Shown piece by piece: positions 47,116 through 56,821 of a stretch of DNA of 64,000 nucleotides. The notes beneath the pieces were generated by a model. That model was not told where the DNA came from and did not search any database. It worked only from the letters and a program-made list of their open reading frames with translations. Each line of letters starts with the position of its first letter. The first letter of the stretch is position 1. This DNA comes from a bacterium (GTDB taxonomy: Bacteria > Zhuqueibacterota > Zhuqueibacteria > Residuimicrobiales > Krinioviventaceae). The position numbers and the translations under genes are program-made. The stretch lies in NCBI GenBank assembly GCA_963674595.2, contig CAXXFV010000007.1, positions 1 to 64,000 on the forward strand, written 5' to 3'.

Positions 47116-48567
47116 TTAAACCATCATCTCTGCTGTTTCCTTTTTCTCTTCGCGGGTCAACAGCTTATTCAGGTTTTTTAAAGACAATCTTGGACTGCAT
47201 ATAACATTTGGGCCGGATAGACACCCGCCTTCACAGGCCATTACTTCAACAAAGTTTCCGTTAAAACCCTGGGGCAGGCGTTTCAGTTCCCGCATTGTTT
47301 TAGAGTTTAATCCGTCAATTAAAATCGGGTCTTTGAGTGTATCGGGCGCAAAGTGTTCGATTGCTCTTGTAACGCCGCCGGAAACAGGAAATCCACGACC
47401 ATCATTTGAGCCGGTTTGTTGTGCCTCCGATTCATTACATTTTTGAACATCAATATCAAATGCCACAAACAATGCGCCCAATTCCTCGATTGAAAGAACA
47501 TAATCAATACCGCTGTTTTTTAAAGCTTCACTGCGTTTGGCAACACAGGGACTGATAAAGACTTGCACCGCATTAGGTGTTTGTTCCCTGACATGTTTTG
47601 CCGTTAACTGCATGGGACTGGGTGTTTGAGAAACAAACGGCTCCAGTTTTGGGATATGTTTTTTAACCGCTTCAACATAGGCCGGGCAGCAGGAGGTCGT
47701 CATAAATTTTTCTCCGGCTTGTAGGCGTTCTTTTAATTCCTGTGCTTCATGTTCAACTGTCAGGTCTGCGCCAAAGGCAACTTCATACACATCATCAAAA
47801 CCGAGTTTTTTGATCGCTGAAATTATTTGTCCCCATTCGGAAGAAAATTGTCCGACCAGGGCCGGTGCAACCAGGGCCGCAACCGGACGATCCGATTTCA
47901 GACTTTTCAGAACATCCACCATTTGTGAACGTTCCATAATCGCGCCGAATGGGCATTCACGCAAACATTTGCCGCAGCTTATACATTTATCAAAATCTAT
48001 CTGTTCTTTGCCATGTTCGTTTTTGCTGATAGCGTTCACCGGGCAGGCCTCTTCACAAGGCACCGGCATATATATTATAGCGTGATAAGGGCATTCGTTC
48101 ATACACTTGCCGCAATTCACACATTTTTCAGGATCAATAACAGCGTGGTCGTTAACCATGGTTATCGCATTTTTAGGGCAATTCATAATACAGGGACGGG
48201 CCACACAACCCTGACACGCATTGGTTACAAAATAATTATTTTTAACACATGAGCTGCACGCTTCATCCATCACGGTTAATATCGGGGCCGTGCATTCCTC
48301 ACGATTAAAACTTTCACGGGCATAAACGGAAAGCGGTTTTAATTCATCGGTTTCATCTTCAATAGAGTGACCCAACAGGGCCATGAGTCTGTATTTTAAA
48401 ACAGCCCGGTCTTTATAAACACAGCATCGAACGGCTGTTCCGTTTTTGGGCGCCATTTCTAAAGGGATTCGGTTTATGGATTCAATATCATCCGAATTTA
48501 TACTTTTTGCCAAACGGACCATCAACTCACGTTTGATCAACGTTGCATTGTTAATATAATTCATCAC
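47116..48567 (-). CDS. hfsD: Monomeric [FeFe]-hydrogenase with ferredoxin domains (HfsD-like, group B-type)
   Basis: H-cluster motifs TSCCPAY, SPCVAKRSE, EVMACEGGCLSG; several CxxCxxCxxxCP 4Fe-4S motifs. Confidence 0.88.
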   Translation of the reverse strand: MMNYINNATLIKRELMVRLAKSINSDDIESINRIPLEMAPKNGTAVRCCVYKDRAVLKYRLMALLGHSIEDETDELKPLSVYARESFNREECTAPILTVMDEACSSCVKNNYFVTNACQGCVARPCIMNCPKNAITMVNDHAVIDPEKCVNCGKCMNECPYHAIIYMPVPCEEACPVNAISKNEHGKEQIDFDKCISCGKCLRECPFGAIMERSQMVDVLKSLKSDRPVAALVAPALVGQFSSEWGQIISAIKKLGFDDVYEVAFGADLTVEHEAQELKERLQAGEKFMTTSCCPAYVEAVKKHIPKLEPFVSQTPSPMQLTAKHVREQTPNAVQVFISPCVAKRSEALKNSGIDYVLSIEELGALFVAFDIDVQKCNESEAQQTGSNDGRGFPVSGGVTRAIEHFAPDTLKDPILIDGLNSKTMRELKRLPQGFNGNFVEVMACEGGCLSGPNVICSPRLSLKNLNKLLTREEKKETAEMMV

Positions 48568-48833
48568 AATTCCTCACTTTCATTGATCATTTTTTCCAGA
48601 ACTCCAATGATTTTGGGAATTGTAGCCTGACTGATAATTTTATCATTTATTTTGACAAACGGCGCTTTACCTGCTGATGTGTCTTTACATATATCCATAC
48701 ACGTGCAGCCGACAATATCTACTTTATTCTTTAATGTTTCAGATAAATTTTCCTCAAGCAGCAAAAGCTCTGCTCCGCCCATTACAAAACAATTTGTTCC
48801 TGTACAAATCGTTATTTTTATTTTATTATCCAT
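48564..48833 (-). CDS. Thioredoxin-like [2Fe-2S] ferredoxin (NuoE-like small protein)
   Basis: ICTGTNCFVMGG...CTCMDIC...APFVKIN. Confidence 0.85.
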   Translation of the reverse strand: MDNKIKITICTGTNCFVMGGAELLLLEENLSETLKNKVDIVGCTCMDICKDTSAGKAPFVKINDKIISQATIPKIIGVLEKMINESEEL

Positions 48834-48842
48834 TATGGCTCC

Positions 48843-50027
48843 TCAGATAAATCGTAGTAAAGTTTCTTTTAAATATTTTTTTTCCATTATTTGGACCAGC
48901 CTTTTAAAAATATTTCGTCGTATTTCCAGCTCAACAGGTACATTCGGATCTTGATGGGCATCATTTATTTTTGTGCCGACAACAAAATGGATAATGTCAC
49001 TGTTTAATAAAAGGTCAATAAACTTGCTGAGGCCGTTATTTAAATTGGTGTTGAGAGTTTCGTTTTTCTCCAAAGATTCAACCAGTTTTCCCAATGTAAT
49101 TGTGCCTTCAGTTATCAAATCAACCCCGGACATAATTGAAGTAGGGGGGATTTCCCTGTCAAAAGATTTCATGTCAACGGTAATTTTTTGATTTATTTCA
49201 CGGGCAATAATATTGGCCGTTGTACCGCCGCAAATAATTTTTTTACCCTGAAATGTGGAAATAATCCGGCCCATGTCCTGGTCTTTTGCTTTGTCGATAG
49301 GTGGTCCGGACATGACCAATAGCCGTCTGGGTTCTCTAAAATATATCACGCCGCAGGTGATATCATCCAGGGCCTTGTTATTGTCATTTCGAAAAGCCTG
49401 TTTTACAATTGTTTGTGATAAATCTCTGGCGGAAATTGTCGGTTCGATATTGACCTGCTGCCTGATAAAATCGGCTGTTTTATTTTCACCCCAGCCAAAA
49501 GGGTGTTCCGGTGACCCGATACCGGACTGGGTAACGCCGTCTGAAAAGAGTACAATACGGTCTCCGAGACTTGCTTTAAATTTTGAATAATAAAGCTTTT
49601 TTGTCTCACCTTTTTCGTTGGTAATCTCTATAGGCTCTTTGTGCATGTTTACAATTTTCTTTTGGCTCATCAGCATATAGGAGGGATTGTCATATTCAAT
49701 AATACGCGTTGAACCATCTTTATCAATATCTACTATGGTGAATGTGGAATAACTGATTTTACGGATTTTGCAAACCGGCAGCGTTTTCATAATTACCCGG
49801 GCTGTTTTTCGAATGTCAAAATCATGGGTTGCATAGTTTAACGCCATGGTCGCTGTTAACGTGGAAAGCACATTAGCCTTTACGCCGCTTCCAAGTCCGT
49901 CCGATAAAACGGAAATGATGCGGTTTTTTTCTTTAATTCGTTGTGAAATAAAAGTATCACCGCCAACCAGTTGTTTCTCTTTAAATTTGTTGGAATGATC
50001 AATTTCAATATATGATGAATCCGTCAT
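48843..50027 (-). CDS. hfsC: SpoIIE/PP2C-type Ser/Thr phosphatase (HfsC-like)
   Basis: GGDTF, VLSDGLGSGVKA, SYSTFTI, FSDGVTQSG, DDIT, ICGGTTA, GVDLITEG. Confidence 0.88.
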   Translation of the reverse strand: MTDSSYIEIDHSNKFKEKQLVGGDTFISQRIKEKNRIISVLSDGLGSGVKANVLSTLTATMALNYATHDFDIRKTARVIMKTLPVCKIRKISYSTFTIVDIDKDGSTRIIEYDNPSYMLMSQKKIVNMHKEPIEITNEKGETKKLYYSKFKASLGDRIVLFSDGVTQSGIGSPEHPFGWGENKTADFIRQQVNIEPTISARDLSQTIVKQAFRNDNNKALDDITCGVIYFREPRRLLVMSGPPIDKAKDQDMGRIISTFQGKKIICGGTTANIIAREINQKITVDMKSFDREIPPTSIMSGVDLITEGTITLGKLVESLEKNETLNTNLNNGLSKFIDLLLNSDIIHFVVGTKINDAHQDPNVPVELEIRRNIFKRLVQIMEKKYLKETLLRFI

Positions 50028-51748
50028 GATTCATCTCCTTCTGAAAATTCAGAGAATGATTTTATGATTGAATCGAGGGTGATTTCTGTTTCCGACGCAT
50101 TTTCTCCCAGTAAATAGGCGATTTGCTGAACCGTAGCCAGGTTTTTTTCAATCACTTTTTGGGTTTGTTCAATTATTTTTTCTTTATTTAAAATGGCCTT
50201 GGAATAGTTTTGGAAAATACCACCGACAATTCTGTTGGCTTCAATTGTAAAAATAGAACCCAATAATACTTTATCGTTTAATGTGATTTTTTGATTTAAT
50301 AAATCCTCTCCATTTTCTAAAACAGTTTGAAATTTATCAGCGAATGATATGGTTTTTTCAAGATGGGCGCCGCTTAATCCCGGCACCGTTTTATAAACAA
50401 GTTCCGCATCCGTTCCGAGTAAATGAACAAAGTTGTAATTACATTCGATGACATGTAATTTATGATCAACAATGACAACACCCGACGGCATTGTTTTTAA
50501 CAGGGCGTTTGCTTTTTTACCCGCCAGTTTTCTCATATAAGTTACACACATACTCTGTTCGGCTTTTCCGTCCAAAAGAGCATGTGCAAAATCGCGGCAG
50601 TTATCATATCCGCATCCCGAACAGTTCAGCTCATCTTTTTTATCATATTTTCCAATGCTTTCAAGCGTTTTTATTATATTTTCTTCCGTGTGTTCGTGTT
50701 TTTTTATGGTCGTTATTTCCGGTTTATAGTTTATATCCAGGGTCGTTTTACGTGGAATTTTTTCTTCCGGATAGGTTGAATAATTTATAAGGTTCAAACG
50801 TTTTGAGATTGATTTATCTGCCTCGCTGCATCCCGGACCGTTTATGCACCCGTTCCGGCAAGCTAATAATTCCAGAACCAGATTACCGTCTGTTTTCAAT
50901 GTCGGCAAATCATGTAATGCATCAATGACATTATCAACACCGGAAAAAGTCATAAATGTTGTGTCCTTGACTGTACAATTCGCCCGGATTCCGGCAATCA
51001 TACCACCGTCAATCGGATACAAAGCACCTTCCTGGGCCTGTTCCGGCCAGAATTTATCTTGTTTTGTCGGCACTATTTTTTCAAGATCGATCTGTTCCTG
51101 GTCAAGCCACTGTTGTAAATCTTTAAATGTGGCAGCAATATTTAATAAATCCGAATTTTCATCCGCCTCCCACTTTTTGGAAAAACAGGGACCAAAAAAG
51201 ACAATACCAATATCATTTCCCAGTTTTTGCCGGATCATGCGGCAGTGCGTCAACAAGGGGGAAAACATATCTGCCAGCATTGTATTACATTCAGGATAGT
51301 ATTTTTTCACCAGGTTGACAACAGACGGGCATGCCGAAGAGATAATAATTTTGTTTTCCATACTGGAAATTTTCTTTGCCATGTGGGCTGAAACTTCCTG
51401 CGCGCCAAGGGCTGTTTCCGAAACTGCTGTAAATCCAAGTTGTTTTAATGCGTTTATCATTTGCTCCGGTTTGATATTCGGAAAATCGCTGACAAAAGAG
51501 GGGGCCAGGGATGCAACAACTTTGGGTTTTAATGTTAAAAGGCGTTTGATCCGTTCAATATCGTTTCGAACTCTTTTAGCGCCCACCGGACATACCTGAA
51601 CACACATCCCGCACAAAATACACTGTTCCTGAATAACCGATGCGTTACCGTCTTCCAGGTGTATTGCTTTGACCGGACAGGACCGAACGCATTTGTAACA
51701 GTCCTGACATTCGGCTTTTTCAGTATAAATGGGGTAATAAGGATTCAT
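50024..51748 (-). CDS. hfsB: Sensory [FeFe]-hydrogenase-like protein with FeS and PAS domains (HfsB/HydS-like, group C)
   Basis: 2x[4Fe-4S] N-terminus; divergent H-cluster motifs SSACPS, GPCFSKKWE, ELLACRNGCING; ELNCSGCGYDNC; PAS region; QQIAYLLGE tail. Confidence 0.9.
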   Translation of the reverse strand: MNPYYPIYTEKAECQDCYKCVRSCPVKAIHLEDGNASVIQEQCILCGMCVQVCPVGAKRVRNDIERIKRLLTLKPKVVASLAPSFVSDFPNIKPEQMINALKQLGFTAVSETALGAQEVSAHMAKKISSMENKIIISSACPSVVNLVKKYYPECNTMLADMFSPLLTHCRMIRQKLGNDIGIVFFGPCFSKKWEADENSDLLNIAATFKDLQQWLDQEQIDLEKIVPTKQDKFWPEQAQEGALYPIDGGMIAGIRANCTVKDTTFMTFSGVDNVIDALHDLPTLKTDGNLVLELLACRNGCINGPGCSEADKSISKRLNLINYSTYPEEKIPRKTTLDINYKPEITTIKKHEHTEENIIKTLESIGKYDKKDELNCSGCGYDNCRDFAHALLDGKAEQSMCVTYMRKLAGKKANALLKTMPSGVVIVDHKLHVIECNYNFVHLLGTDAELVYKTVPGLSGAHLEKTISFADKFQTVLENGEDLLNQKITLNDKVLLGSIFTIEANRIVGGIFQNYSKAILNKEKIIEQTQKVIEKNLATVQQIAYLLGENASETEITLDSIIKSFSEFSEGDES

Positions 51749-52002
51749 TTTGTATCCTCTCGAATGACATGGTCTAAAATATCTATAACCGTAATCGGCT
51801 CAACCTGGTAATAACTTTTATCGTTTATATTAATAACAGGTCCCTGACTACAGTTACTGGTACACAAACACCCCTGGAAATTTATTTCAGATGATAGATT
51901 GTTTCTTTTAATATATTCCTGTATTATTTCTGTGCTTTTTTTATTGCCTCGTGAAAAACAGGAACTTCCAAGGCAAATTGAAATTTTTATTTTATCCGAC
52001 AT
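51745..52002 (-). CDS. hfsA: Thioredoxin-like [2Fe-2S] ferredoxin (HfsA-like)
   Basis: ICLGSSCFSRGN...CLCTSNCSQGP. Confidence 0.85.
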   Translation of the reverse strand: MSDKIKISICLGSSCFSRGNKKSTEIIQEYIKRNNLSSEINFQGCLCTSNCSQGPVININDKSYYQVEPITVIDILDHVIREDTK

Positions 52003-52004
52003 GG

Positions 52005-52628
52005 TTATTTTCCTGATAGAGTATTTACTTGAAAGATAAGGGTTTCCATTGCTTGTGTCAGGTCTATGTTGTTGACGAATACTCCTTTTGGCACATTAAC
52101 CTGACGCGATGAAAAATTGAGCAGTCCTTTAATGCCGCAATTAACCAACTGATTAACAACAGCCTGTGACTGATTGTTAGGGACGCACAGTGCGGCTATT
52201 TGAATCAGGTGTGTTTCTATAAACGGTTCCAATGATTCCATCGGTAATATAGGTGGATTGCCATTTGCATTTATTTTAAAATTGTCTTTGTCAAAGGCGG
52301 CAACAATTTCAATTTTGTTTTCATAAAAACCCCGATAATCTACAAGAGAAGCGCCGATTCTTCCATAACCTACTACTATGATTTTACATCTTTCTTCCAG
52401 ACCTAACAATTTTTCAAATGTTTGCATGAGCTGGTCAACATCATAGCCGCCTTTTTTGTTGCCGGTTATGCCTAATACGAAAAAATCTTTACGAACCTGC
52501 ACCGGTTGTACACCGGCTGCGTCTGCCAAATTTTTTGCATAAATTTTATGAATACCGGCATTTTGAAATTCTTTAAGAGCTGCTTTGTATTGTGATAGCC
52601 GAATAACGTGTCTTTGTGGATTATCCAT
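52005..52628 (-). CDS. rex: Redox-sensing transcriptional repressor Rex
   Basis: RLSQY, QVRKDF..LG..G....GYDV winged helix; VVGYGRIG Rossmann motif; AAFD, LCVP, GIKGLLNF. Confidence 0.9.
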   Translation of the reverse strand: MDNPQRHVIRLSQYKAALKEFQNAGIHKIYAKNLADAAGVQPVQVRKDFFVLGITGNKKGGYDVDQLMQTFEKLLGLEERCKIIVVGYGRIGASLVDYRGFYENKIEIVAAFDKDNFKINANGNPPILPMESLEPFIETHLIQIAALCVPNNQSQAVVNQLVNCGIKGLLNFSSRQVNVPKGVFVNNIDLTQAMETLIFQVNTLSGK

Positions 52629-52654
52629 TGGTTTTCTCCTTTAGTTGACAGCCA

Positions 52655-52683
52655 AATTTAATGAATAATTTTACAAAAAGCAA
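52655..52683 (-). promoter_or_regulatory. Promoter of the rex-hfs operon containing a Rex-box-like operator
   Basis: Minus strand TTGCTT-17 nt-TAAATT, containing TTGTAAAATTATTCATTA (52659-52676), 11/14 matches to TTGTGAA-N4-TTCACAA. Confidence 0.65.
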
Positions 52684-52949
52684 GTATATTGTTCTATTAT
52701 GGAACATTATATGTGGTTGTTGGTTAATAAAAGAACTGTAATTTGTTTGAATATTTAAATTTATCGATACTAATCAGTTTTAATCTGTACCAGAATAAAT
52801 TTTATAAAAAACGATAAACATGTTGAATTGATCTGTATTATTTACTAGTTTTTATCTAGTATTTTGATTTGTTGTAAAGGATAAGTTAGGTCACCGAGTT
52901 TGCCTTCATAAAGGCAGATAATTGTTTTTATTAAACAAAGGAGCACAAA

Positions 52950-53354
52950 ATGAACCTAAAGCGATTGATTCCGGCAACATTGGCTGTTTTTATTACTTTT
53001 CAGGTTACAGATTTTCTTATTCATAGTTTAATTCTTGCCTCCTCTTATGCGGCTTTGCAGGAACTCTGGCGGCCGGACATGATGTCAAAAATGTGGATTA
53101 TGACGCTCACTTCTCTCTTTATGTCATTTATGTTTGTGTTTATATTTATCAAGGGTTATGAGAAAAAGGGGATTTGCGAGGGATTCCGTTTCGGGATTAT
53201 TATCGGGCTTTTTATGAGTGTAACCGCTATGTTGAATCAATACGTGGTTTATCCGGTACCCTTTAGCATGGTAATTCAATGGCTGATTTATGGGCTCATT
53301 CAATTTATTCTTGCCGGAATCGTTGTCAGTTTGATTTATAAACCCAAAGCTTAG
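52950..53354 (+). CDS. Small four-TM membrane protein of unknown function
   Basis: Hydrophobic 134-aa ORF; AAGGAG RBS; EGFRFGIIIGLF motif. Confidence 0.75.
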   Translation: MNLKRLIPATLAVFITFQVTDFLIHSLILASSYAALQELWRPDMMSKMWIMTLTSLFMSFMFVFIFIKGYEKKGICEGFRFGIIIGLFMSVTAMLNQYVVYPVPFSMVIQWLIYGLIQFILAGIVVSLIYKPKA

Positions 53355-53369
53355 ATTTAGATTGTATTG

Positions 53370-53403
53370 ACGACAAGGTAAGGTCTTTGCCTTACCTTGT
53401 CGT
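53370..53403 (+). terminator. Strong 14-bp hairpin, probable terminator
   Basis: ACGACAAGGTAAGG-tctttg-CCTTACCTTGTCGT. Confidence 0.6.
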
Positions 53404-53523
53404 TTAAATAAAAACAAACCTGACGATTGAAAAATCGTTAATAATAATTATTTTATAATGGGTCGGCAAAATTCTCAGAGGTTTTGCTTGAATACAATAA
53501 TTACATACCAAAGGGACAATTCA

Positions 53524-54174
53524 ATGAATATGGGAAAAGTCATTGTACGGACAATTGTTATATTGAGTTTTGCTGCAAGTAGTGCTTTTTGCGATAACAG
53601 CATTATCGGATTTGGCGGAGGTTCCGCACATGCTCTCGGTGAAGGCAGCGAGTATTGGAAAACAGGTTTTAATATGAACGGAGAATTGTTTCAAAAGGTT
53701 TCCGAATATACTTATTTTGGGGTACGTGCATCATTTAACCGGTGGAGTCCTGATCAAAGTAAAGTGGAGAATGATTTAACCAGTGAAGTGAGAAATGATT
53801 ACTGGTATCACTCTACAGTCAATTTGTTGGATGTACATCTCGATGGTTCTTTTACGACTCTTGAAATTATCCCAAGTTTTAAATTTATAACAAAACCAAA
53901 TCCTGATGAACCGTCACAATTATTTGGTCAGCTGGGTGCAGGAATGTATTTTTGCAACGCTGACATAAAAGCAACCGCAAGAGTATCCAGCAGGACTGTG
54001 ACTGTCAAAGTTAATGAAACAGAAAATAGAATCGGTGTAAATGGCGGTGTGGGTTTAATCATTGGAGGAAAAGTAACCAAATTGGCTATCAATTCCATGT
54101 TTCATCTGGTCTTTACGGATGATGAATGGACAAAATATATCAATATCAACCTGAATATTTTATTTTGTAATTGA
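53524..54174 (+). CDS. Outer-membrane beta-barrel protein
   Basis: Signal peptide from the ATG at 53524 or 53530; amphipathic strands FGQLGAGMY, IGVNGGVGLII, YININLNILF. Confidence 0.7.
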   Translation: MNMGKVIVRTIVILSFAASSAFCDNSIIGFGGGSAHALGEGSEYWKTGFNMNGELFQKVSEYTYFGVRASFNRWSPDQSKVENDLTSEVRNDYWYHSTVNLLDVHLDGSFTTLEIIPSFKFITKPNPDEPSQLFGQLGAGMYFCNADIKATARVSSRTVTVKVNETENRIGVNGGVGLIIGGKVTKLAINSMFHLVFTDDEWTKYININLNILFCN

Positions 54175-54310
54175 TTTTTTTGTCAGGTTTGTTTTATAAA
54201 TATTTGGATTGATAAAAAAACAAAATTGTCCTTTTTTCATTTCTAATATTTATTATATTTATAAAGAAAGGTGAGTCAGTAAAGCAGTTTTTTATAAACA
54301 GGAGCCTGCT

Positions 54311-56095
54311 ATGAAAAATAAATCATCTCGCCTCCATTATATTTTATCACTGTTCTTTTTCGTTATTGCCATAACGTCCTGTCATCGACAGGAATTATCT
54401 GTCAAAGATGTTATGGATAACATTGTCACGCGGTTTTATGCAACAATGGACGATGCCGAACTGGAACAGCTTGATGACCAGAAAATCATGAATTTGATTA
54501 CCCCGGAAGAAAAACAAGTTCTAGCCACCCGATACTGGACTTTTGATGTAAATGTTCCGGCGGTCGTTTCTGTTATGCAGCATGTGGACCAACCGATTGC
54601 ACCGTTCTGGCTAAAAGAAGCCGGATTTTTTAAGACAGATATGTTTGTTAAGAACGAAGAGTATACCTATCAGGTGTGGCAAAAAAAATTCGATAAAGGG
54701 TCTGTTGCTTTGGGAATTAACGGATTTGACAAACACCGGCCTCATTATTTTGTCGCCGTCGGGCCGCAGGACAAAAATGAAAAACTTGAACTGAGCGGTT
54801 TTTCCCCGGAGAACCAGTATGTTTCCATAATGAAGGAGAGCTCCTTTACCTATCACGATTGGGATGAGCTGGTGTTAACCCAGGTGCCGGAATCTTTAAA
54901 GGGACAGATACTCTTGACGACCATTCGCGGCCGTGCCCGGGAGGCCCATCTCATCGGTGCTTTTCGGACCACCCCTTATCCGTCATCACCTGAACCCGAT
55001 CAAATCATGCTGACCTGGGGTGATGATCCGCAAACAACCGTCAATATTCAATGGCGTACGGACCTTTCCGTTAAAAATGGTGTTGTGCGGTATTGGCAGG
55101 AAAACACACCGGATATAATACGGGAAAAAGCGGCAACACCTAATGTCCTGGAAGACCGGTTACTGCGCAATGACCGTTATATTCATCGGTTTACAGCAGA
55201 GCTGGACTCGTTACAGCCCGGTCAAAAATATTTTTACAAAGTGGGCAATCCGGAAAAAGACCTGTGGAGTGAACAGGCAGAGTTTATAACCGCTCCTTCA
55301 AAACCATCGCCCTTTTCGTTTATATACTTTGGCGATACACACCGGTCGCAGCAATGGGGCAGGTTGATAAATACATCCTTTACGCGTCACCCCAACGTCG
55401 GCTTTTACACCATTGGCGGGGATATTGTCAGCACCGGTTTATATCGTGATGACTGGGACCAGTTATTTGAATATTCCAAAGATGTGATAAAAAACAGACC
55501 TTTGATGCCGGCCATAGGAAACCATGATGATCAGGACGGTCTTGGCGCCGAAATGTTTTATGAGTTATTTGCTTTACCTGAAAACGGTCCGGATACTGTG
55601 GAACCGGAAAAAGCGTTTAGTTTTACCTATGGTAATGCATTCTTTCTGGTCCTTGCCGCCACTTCACCCTATAAAGACCAGGTGAGCTGGATAGAAGAAC
55701 AGCTGGCCAAGTCAACGGCAAAATGGAAATTTGCCATTTTTCATTTTCCGCCCTATTCCATGGAAGAAGATTACCCCCTAATTCGTGAACTATGGTGCCC
55801 GGTTTTTGATAAATATCACGTTGATATGGTAATGTCCGGTCATGTGCATTATTACATGCGGTCCAAACCGATAAACAATGGGCAGGTCGTCAAATCTCCT
55901 GATAAGGGCACGATTTATATGATTTCCATCGGCATACCCAACAGGCAGGTCGATTTGCCGGACGCCGACTTTATCGAAAAACGGTTTGGCGGTGTGATGT
56001 TGTATCAGTATTTTGATATAAATGATAATGTGTTGACGTGCACCAGTTATGACCTTGACGGAAAAGTTTGGGACCGGTTTTCTATTAAAAAATAA
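54311..56095 (+). CDS. Purple acid phosphatase-like metallophosphoesterase lipoprotein with FN3 domain and N-terminal extension
   Basis: Lipobox ITSC; PDQIMLTW; GDTH, GGDIV, GNHD, HFPPY and SGHVHYY metallophosphoesterase motifs. Confidence 0.88.
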   Translation: MKNKSSRLHYILSLFFFVIAITSCHRQELSVKDVMDNIVTRFYATMDDAELEQLDDQKIMNLITPEEKQVLATRYWTFDVNVPAVVSVMQHVDQPIAPFWLKEAGFFKTDMFVKNEEYTYQVWQKKFDKGSVALGINGFDKHRPHYFVAVGPQDKNEKLELSGFSPENQYVSIMKESSFTYHDWDELVLTQVPESLKGQILLTTIRGRAREAHLIGAFRTTPYPSSPEPDQIMLTWGDDPQTTVNIQWRTDLSVKNGVVRYWQENTPDIIREKAATPNVLEDRLLRNDRYIHRFTAELDSLQPGQKYFYKVGNPEKDLWSEQAEFITAPSKPSPFSFIYFGDTHRSQQWGRLINTSFTRHPNVGFYTIGGDIVSTGLYRDDWDQLFEYSKDVIKNRPLMPAIGNHDDQDGLGAEMFYELFALPENGPDTVEPEKAFSFTYGNAFFLVLAATSPYKDQVSWIEEQLAKSTAKWKFAIFHFPPYSMEEDYPLIRELWCPVFDKYHVDMVMSGHVHYYMRSKPINNGQVVKSPDKGTIYMISIGIPNRQVDLPDADFIEKRFGGVMLYQYFDINDNVLTCTSYDLDGKVWDRFSIKK

Positions 56096-56153
56096 TTGAA
56101 TTAAACGGGAACGTAAATTTGAAAAATCAGGTATATAGATAAGGAGAGTTTCC

Positions 56154-56807
56154 ATGAAACGAATTTTATTAACAGTTTTAATATTATCATTTTTTGTTTT
56201 TATGTCAGCGTGTTCACAAAAAGGCCCGGACAAAGATGCTGTAAAATTGTGGAACGGAACGGATTTTTCCGGCTGGGAACGTTATATTCCCTGTGATAGT
56301 GTTGATGTTAATAGCGTATGGTCGGTAACAGAGGGCGCCATTCATTGCCAGGGCGTGCCTACCGGGTATATGCGTACGGTTGATGATTATTCTGATTTTA
56401 TTTTAACCCTGGAATGGCGCTGGCTCAAACTTGCCGGAAACAGCGGTGTGCTGCTTTATGTTCAGGAACCGGACCAGGTCTGGCCGAATTGTGTTGAATG
56501 TCAGTTAAAATCCGGACATGCCGGAGATTTTGTGCTTATCGGTCCCGGCTCTATTACAGTGGATGAAAAAGAGTATGAAAATACCGAGCAATTTTTAGTG
56601 ATCCCCAAAAAATACCAAAGCAACGAAAAACCAATTGGTGAATGGAACCAATATAAAATTGTCAGTGAAAATAATACCATTACCTGTTATGTTAATGGTG
56701 TCAAGCAGAACTATGGAATTAATCCGTCACTTTCTATGGGGAAAATTGCCTTACAAAGTGAAGGTATTCCTATAGAGTTTAAAAATATTTTTATTAAAAA
56801 ACTGTAA
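56154..56807 (+). CDS. DUF1080 (3-keto-disaccharide hydrolase) family lipoprotein
   Basis: LWNGTDFSGW, YSDFILTLEWRW, GNSGV, ECQL, GEWNQY, IALQSEG..IEFKNI. Confidence 0.9.
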   Translation: MKRILLTVLILSFFVFMSACSQKGPDKDAVKLWNGTDFSGWERYIPCDSVDVNSVWSVTEGAIHCQGVPTGYMRTVDDYSDFILTLEWRWLKLAGNSGVLLYVQEPDQVWPNCVECQLKSGHAGDFVLIGPGSITVDEKEYENTEQFLVIPKKYQSNEKPIGEWNQYKIVSENNTITCYVNGVKQNYGINPSLSMGKIALQSEGIPIEFKNIFIKKL

Positions 56808-56821
56808 TTAGAGGTATAACA

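Noticed and set aside
53370-53403. Hairpin as a second REP family
   Set aside because: Single copy in the window, no GTAG end, and it sits right after a stop codon, so a terminator is more likely.
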